Shown here: positions 34,215-38,548 of the stretch, piece by piece
How positions within the stretch are numbered: the stretch's first letter is position 1
Layout of the letters: the number at the start of each line of letters is the position of its first letter
NCBI GenBank assembly: GCA_002256025.1
Contig: NKIB01009348.1
Span: 62,001 to 100,548, forward strand
Direction: 5' to 3'
Source of the DNA: Asterionella formosa
Taxonomy: Eukaryota
DNA: 38,548 nt
The notes under the pieces: model-generated
What the model was told of the DNA's origin: nothing
Seen by the model: only the letters and a program-made list of their open reading frames with translations
Databases searched by the model: none
Translations under genes and position numbers: made by a program

Positions 34215-35260
34215 CAATACATGCCCGAGGTGGTCTCTCGCCTGCGAGAATACATGTGTTCGAGGCTGGGTGGCGCAAGTAGCTAGGTTGACCGTACAAG
34301 TGGCGCTGCAAGAAGGTCACCCTACGAGCACCATCCCAGCCGAGTACACATGTATACGAGAAGGCAAGTAGCCACCGAGAGGGGTATTGTTGAGGCGATT
34401 CCCGCTCTAGCTTTTGTCGTGTCATTTTCTTACCTACTGCCCACAAATAAATCATGAATGTCAATTTTAGCTTACTATTGCCCATCATACAAAGTATATT
34501 TTGGATATTTCCTATCTTCACCTCGAAAATTCCCAAAGGTCCGATATTGCCCATCATTAAAATATATTTTGTATATTTCCTATGTTAGCATTTTGGCAAG
34601 ACAACAGATGCCAATCGCCCCTCGGGTTTCCAGCCCTGGGATTGCCTAAATCGGCAAGGGGTATATTTAAGGAAACCATTTTATATATTAAACATTTTTT
34701 CTAATTTATATCTATAATTCACCTCGTTTTTGTTCGTCTCCTGAAAAGTGGACTCCGGCCATTCACCTTTCACCATGCCGATCATCATCCATCAGGACCG
34801 GTATGAAGCGAAATCAGTTCAGCGATGACGCCAGTAGGCAGCGATTCTTTGTCTAACGGATGCGGTGGCTGGTTGTTGGATTGCTTGTCTTCTCGAGGTA
34901 TTCATGTAGTCGAATTGTCCATATTTTGTTATACAAATGATGATATTGATACATCTGATGTAGGTAGCAAGTTTTTGCTCCCCCGGTCATGTATGTGATG
35001 ATGCTTAACGGATATTCTACTGGTAGTCATCTAGCCTACATATGTACGTGGTACTCGAAGCAACCATGCATGGTTTAAAGCTAAACCTTAATGCTTAATT
35101 TGAAAACATTATAATATTATCGCTTTAGACTCAGTTTTATTTTTACAAAACCAGAATGTCAAATTATATCGTTCACATATTGATTGATTTTACGTCTGCC
35201 CAATTTCTCCCTCACAATTATCCTTCTCACTCTATCCTGCCTGCCATTGCTCTCAGTTCA
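34215..35260 (+). mobile_element. CGAG hairpin (34215-34410) plus 'arm B', copy 1; inverted repeat of ~37540..38548
   Basis: ~1 kb of colinear reverse-complement similarity, also visible as the near-identical spurious ORFs 34458..34649(+) and 38135..38347(-). Confidence 0.9.
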
Positions 35261-35454
35261 GCCTCAAAACCGGTACCTTTCGACTCTCGTTTGAGAGCAT
35301 CGTCTGCTGCTTGCTTGTTATGCTAGTTGAAGTGGATCGGTGAGTACAACAGTGAAACACTGAATGTGGATTGTAGATCCTATTTATTGAATTTCCGATT
35401 TGATTGCTTCCATGGTCTGTTTTGATCGCTTCCGTCGTTGTTTGTCATTCCACA

Positions 35455-36444
35455 CTGTCGTTTTGATATGATTGTATCTATCTACATAAGAACCAATGTA
35501 TTTATCAATGACTACTCTGTGAAGATGTTTTATTGTGCCGTTGTTGATCATATTTGTTGATGTGTATAGTCGTTGACAATGATGTCAATTTATTGCCGCC
35601 AAGCAATGCTTTTCTTGTACTAACGCGCTTTGCTACATTTCTACTACGAGTTTGTATCACAAGCTACGTATATTCAGCTAGAGGGAGTCGATAAAACTGG
35701 AGCAGCCTGGCGATCATACTCAATCAGAATGGATTGGAACGGAATGATGATCAGGTTGTTTGGAGGGAGGAACGACTGAGAGCGGAAGGACTGCAACTTT
35801 TGTCAGGCTACTACAGTGATGTTCATGGTTGCAGCAACCAGATCATCTACGCTAAATCACGATGCAGATCTCAATTGGGTTCAGCTTTTTTTCTTATCTG
35901 TTTTATTTTGCTCTTCAATGGTGTGATGGAAAGTCATTGTGGTTGCCTGTGTAAGTACTACAATGCATACATCTCCACTGAAACTCATATTTTTCACTTT
36001 ATTTCTAACCCAAAACAATATTTTCTATTTCTCATTTGACGCTACTTATTACATTGCATAACATACTTCAGTTGCTCCAAACATCATATTCAATTTTCAT
36101 TGATGTTGCATGTTACAGTCTGTCTCGTTTGTTTTATGCTTGTTGTACCATTTCTAAATATCTTACCGTTATTCTGGCTGTCATGCTAAAATCGGCAATT
36201 TCTATGCCGAAAAATCCGATGTGCCCCATATTGCCCCTAAATAAAAATTACTTAACAAATCACTTAGGGCCTAAAATTACTGAGAAGTCCCCAAATCGCA
36301 ACACGATAGCTTGAGCGGGAATTGCCGAAAAATCCACAGTGTCCCATATTGTCCCATAATATAAATTACTTAAAGATACCAAAAATTACTTAGCCAACCA
36401 CAGTTCTCATCGAAAAGCAAGACGATAGCTAGGGTGGGGATTGC
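35455..36444 (+). mobile_element. 'Arm A' with a tandemly duplicated ~120-bp terminus
   Basis: Matches 10072..10885. 36207-36325 and 36325-36444 both run CCGAAAAATCC...CCCATATTG.CCC.TAA...CGATAGCT.G.G.GGGA.TTGC. Confidence 0.82.
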
Positions 36445-37502
36445 TGCGAGTATTCTTGTGTTCGAGGCTTGGGAGGCGCGAGTAGGTTGACCGAACGAGT
36501 GGCGCCCCTGGCGCTGCGAGAAGGTCGACCTGCGAGGGCCTCCCGAGCCGAGTACACAAGATTACGAGTAGGTAGACTCCTCCCGAGTAGGGTATTACCT
36601 AGGCAATTAACAAACTAGCTATCGGCGCGCTTTTCGCCACTACATTGCCCTTTCTGTTAACATTGAAAACCTATTTTAGATAGTTTGTATGTTGCATGCG
36701 AACCAGCCAATTGCCCATCATATAAAACATATATTGTAGATTTCATATGTACAGTTTTTTGATTACTCAATCCTGCGATTGCCCATCATATAAAACATAT
36801 TTTGTATATTTCATATGCTCCGTTTTTCGACTGCCAAACTACCTTCAATATTTTCAATAGCCCCTAGATTTTATTGCCGAAATCGACTGCCGTTTATTTA
36901 GGGGAATTTGATTACTGATATCTATAGCCCCTCAATTGACTGCCGTTTACTTAAGGAAAATCGACTGCCGAAATTGGACGAGAGTAGGAGGAGCTACATG
37001 AAGGCACAAAATGATGGTTTTCTTTAAGTGTCGACGGCAATTCCACTGTTTACATCCCTGCTATCTTCCAGCATGCTCCGATGTATACAAAATCTGGTAA
37101 TTGATGTCTCAAGTACTGACTCTTCATCAAATGGATCTGGCTGGTTGTTGGATAATTCGATTTCTTATGGGATTCATATCATTGCATCGTGCTTGCTTCG
37201 TCACGGTGGTGCCAAAATTTCGGTTCCCCTTTCTGTTGATTTCCGATAGCCTTTCCGGTCAACTCCTTCGCTAGATTTGATATATAGTGATAAATAAATT
37301 AATGATTGTTCAAAAGCGACATCAATCAGTTGTTGAGTATCAAAATTCAAAACGTTATGGTAGGTCAAAGTTAGGCTTCCATATCGCCATTGAACCGGTT
37401 CTTTCGTCAGATATGATCAGGCAGCCGTTAAATTTTAACTATATTTTTGTAGTTTGTTTTCTACGTTTTCTACACTATCTCAAATCAGATCTCGGCAGCA
37501 AG
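36445..37502 (+). mobile_element. CGAG hairpin (36445-36624) plus 'arm C', copy 2
   Basis: Periodic CGAG at 36447, 36463, 36479, 36496 | 36517, 36533, 36549, 36565, 36584, with self-complementary spacers; the arm matches ~32085..32807. Confidence 0.9.
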
Positions 37503-37539
37503 ATGGGATAAAAGAAAGACGAACGTTGCCTATTGCAAG

Positions 37540-38548
37540 CCCGAATAGAGCAAAGGCAGGCAAGATAGAGTGAGAACTTTATTTGTGAGGACGAAATCGG
37601 GCATACGGTACGTAAAATCAATGAATATGTGAACGATATAATTCAACATTTCAGGTCTCGTAAAAATAATACTGAGTCTACAGAGATAATATTATAACAT
37701 GTTCAAAGTAAGCGTTAAAGCATAGCTTAAACCATGCATGGTCGTTTTTAGTACCACGTACGTATGTAGACTAGATGACTGCCGGTACCGGTAGAATATC
37801 CGTTAAGCATCATTACATACATGACCGGAGCAAAAACTTGCCACCAACATCAGATGTATCGATATCATTGTTCGTCCGACAAAATATGGACGATGCGACT
37901 ACATGAATACCTCGAGAAGACAAGCAATCCAACAATCAACCGCATCGTTAGGCAAAGAATTGCTACTGGTGTCATCGCGGAACTGATTTCGCTTCAAACC
38001 GGTCATGATGGACGACGATTGGCATGGTGAAAGGTGAATTGCCGGAGTCCACTTTTCAGGAGACGAACAAAAACGAGGTGAATTCTAGATATAAATTATT
38101 AAAATCTCTATGTAGAGTTTATAAAATGGTTTCCTTAAGTAGACCCCTTGCCGATTTCGGCAATCCCAGGGCTGGAAAACCGAGGGGCAATTGGCGTCTG
38201 TTGTCTTGCCAAAATGCGAACATATGAAATATATAAAATATATTTTAATGATGGGCAATTTCGGATCTTTGGCAATTTTCGAGGTGAAGATAGGAAATAT
38301 ACAAAATATATTTTATATGATGGGCAATAGTAGGCTAAAATTGACATTTATGCTAAATTTGTGGGCAGTAGGTAAGAGAATGACGCGACGATAGCTAGAG
38401 CGGGAATTGCCTCAACAATACCCTTCTCGGTGGCTACTTGCCTTCTCGTATACATGTGTTCGAGGCTGGGATGGCACTCGTAGGGTGACCTTCTCGCAGC
38501 GCCGGGGGCGCCACTCGTACGGTCAACCTACTCGCGCCACCCAGCCTC
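37540..38548 (-). mobile_element. 'Arm B' copy 2 plus CGAG hairpin on the minus strand (runs off the window)
   Basis: CTCG at 38426, 38445, 38477, 38493, 38514 and 38531; terminal motif CGATAGCTAGAGCGGGAATTGCCTCAACAATACCC at 38389-38423. Confidence 0.9.

Noticed and set aside
34063..34649. Short ORFs duplicated at 38135..38394
   Set aside because: They overlap subterminal repeats on both strands and reflect the inverted repeat; no recognisable protein.
34084..38548. CRISPR array or bacterial integron suggested by repeated palindromes
   Set aside because: Eukaryotic context, repeats >150 bp with kb-scale repeated arms rather than unique spacers, and no cas or intI gene in the window.

Overview
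Eukaryotic nuclear DNA, most consistent with a diatom: bipartite signal+AF plastid presequence, a diatom-type KRVRF/RGLE hypothetical protein, compact genes with ~100-nt GT-AG introns. About 1-15 kb is gene-dense: two unrelated 2OG-Fe(II) oxygenases, a Prx5-type peroxiredoxin, a plastid membrane protein, two distantly paralogous coiled-coil proteins and a rhomboid protease. About 16-38.5 kb is AT-rich and TE-derived: a second, diverged rhomboid, a decayed Ty3/Gypsy element, two tRNA-derived SINE-like copies and a cluster of an unrecognised non-coding element. Main findings: (1) a ~150-250-nt GC-rich rod hairpin in five copies (32040, 34084, 34215, 36445, 38411). Its arms carry CGAG opposite CGAG at a 16-nt period, which would give tandem sheared G.A pairs on one strand only. 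It shows compensatory stem changes, one copy is inverted and truncated at the apex, and it joins interchangeable ~0.8-0.9 kb AT-rich arms. (2) The abundant intergenic TACC(A/T)GGTA/TACCGGTA motifs look like accumulated excision footprints of TA-targeting DNA transposons; this is supported by aligned insertion differences between repeat copies and by a MITE with matching ends. All alignments were done by eye, so repeat boundaries are approximate.
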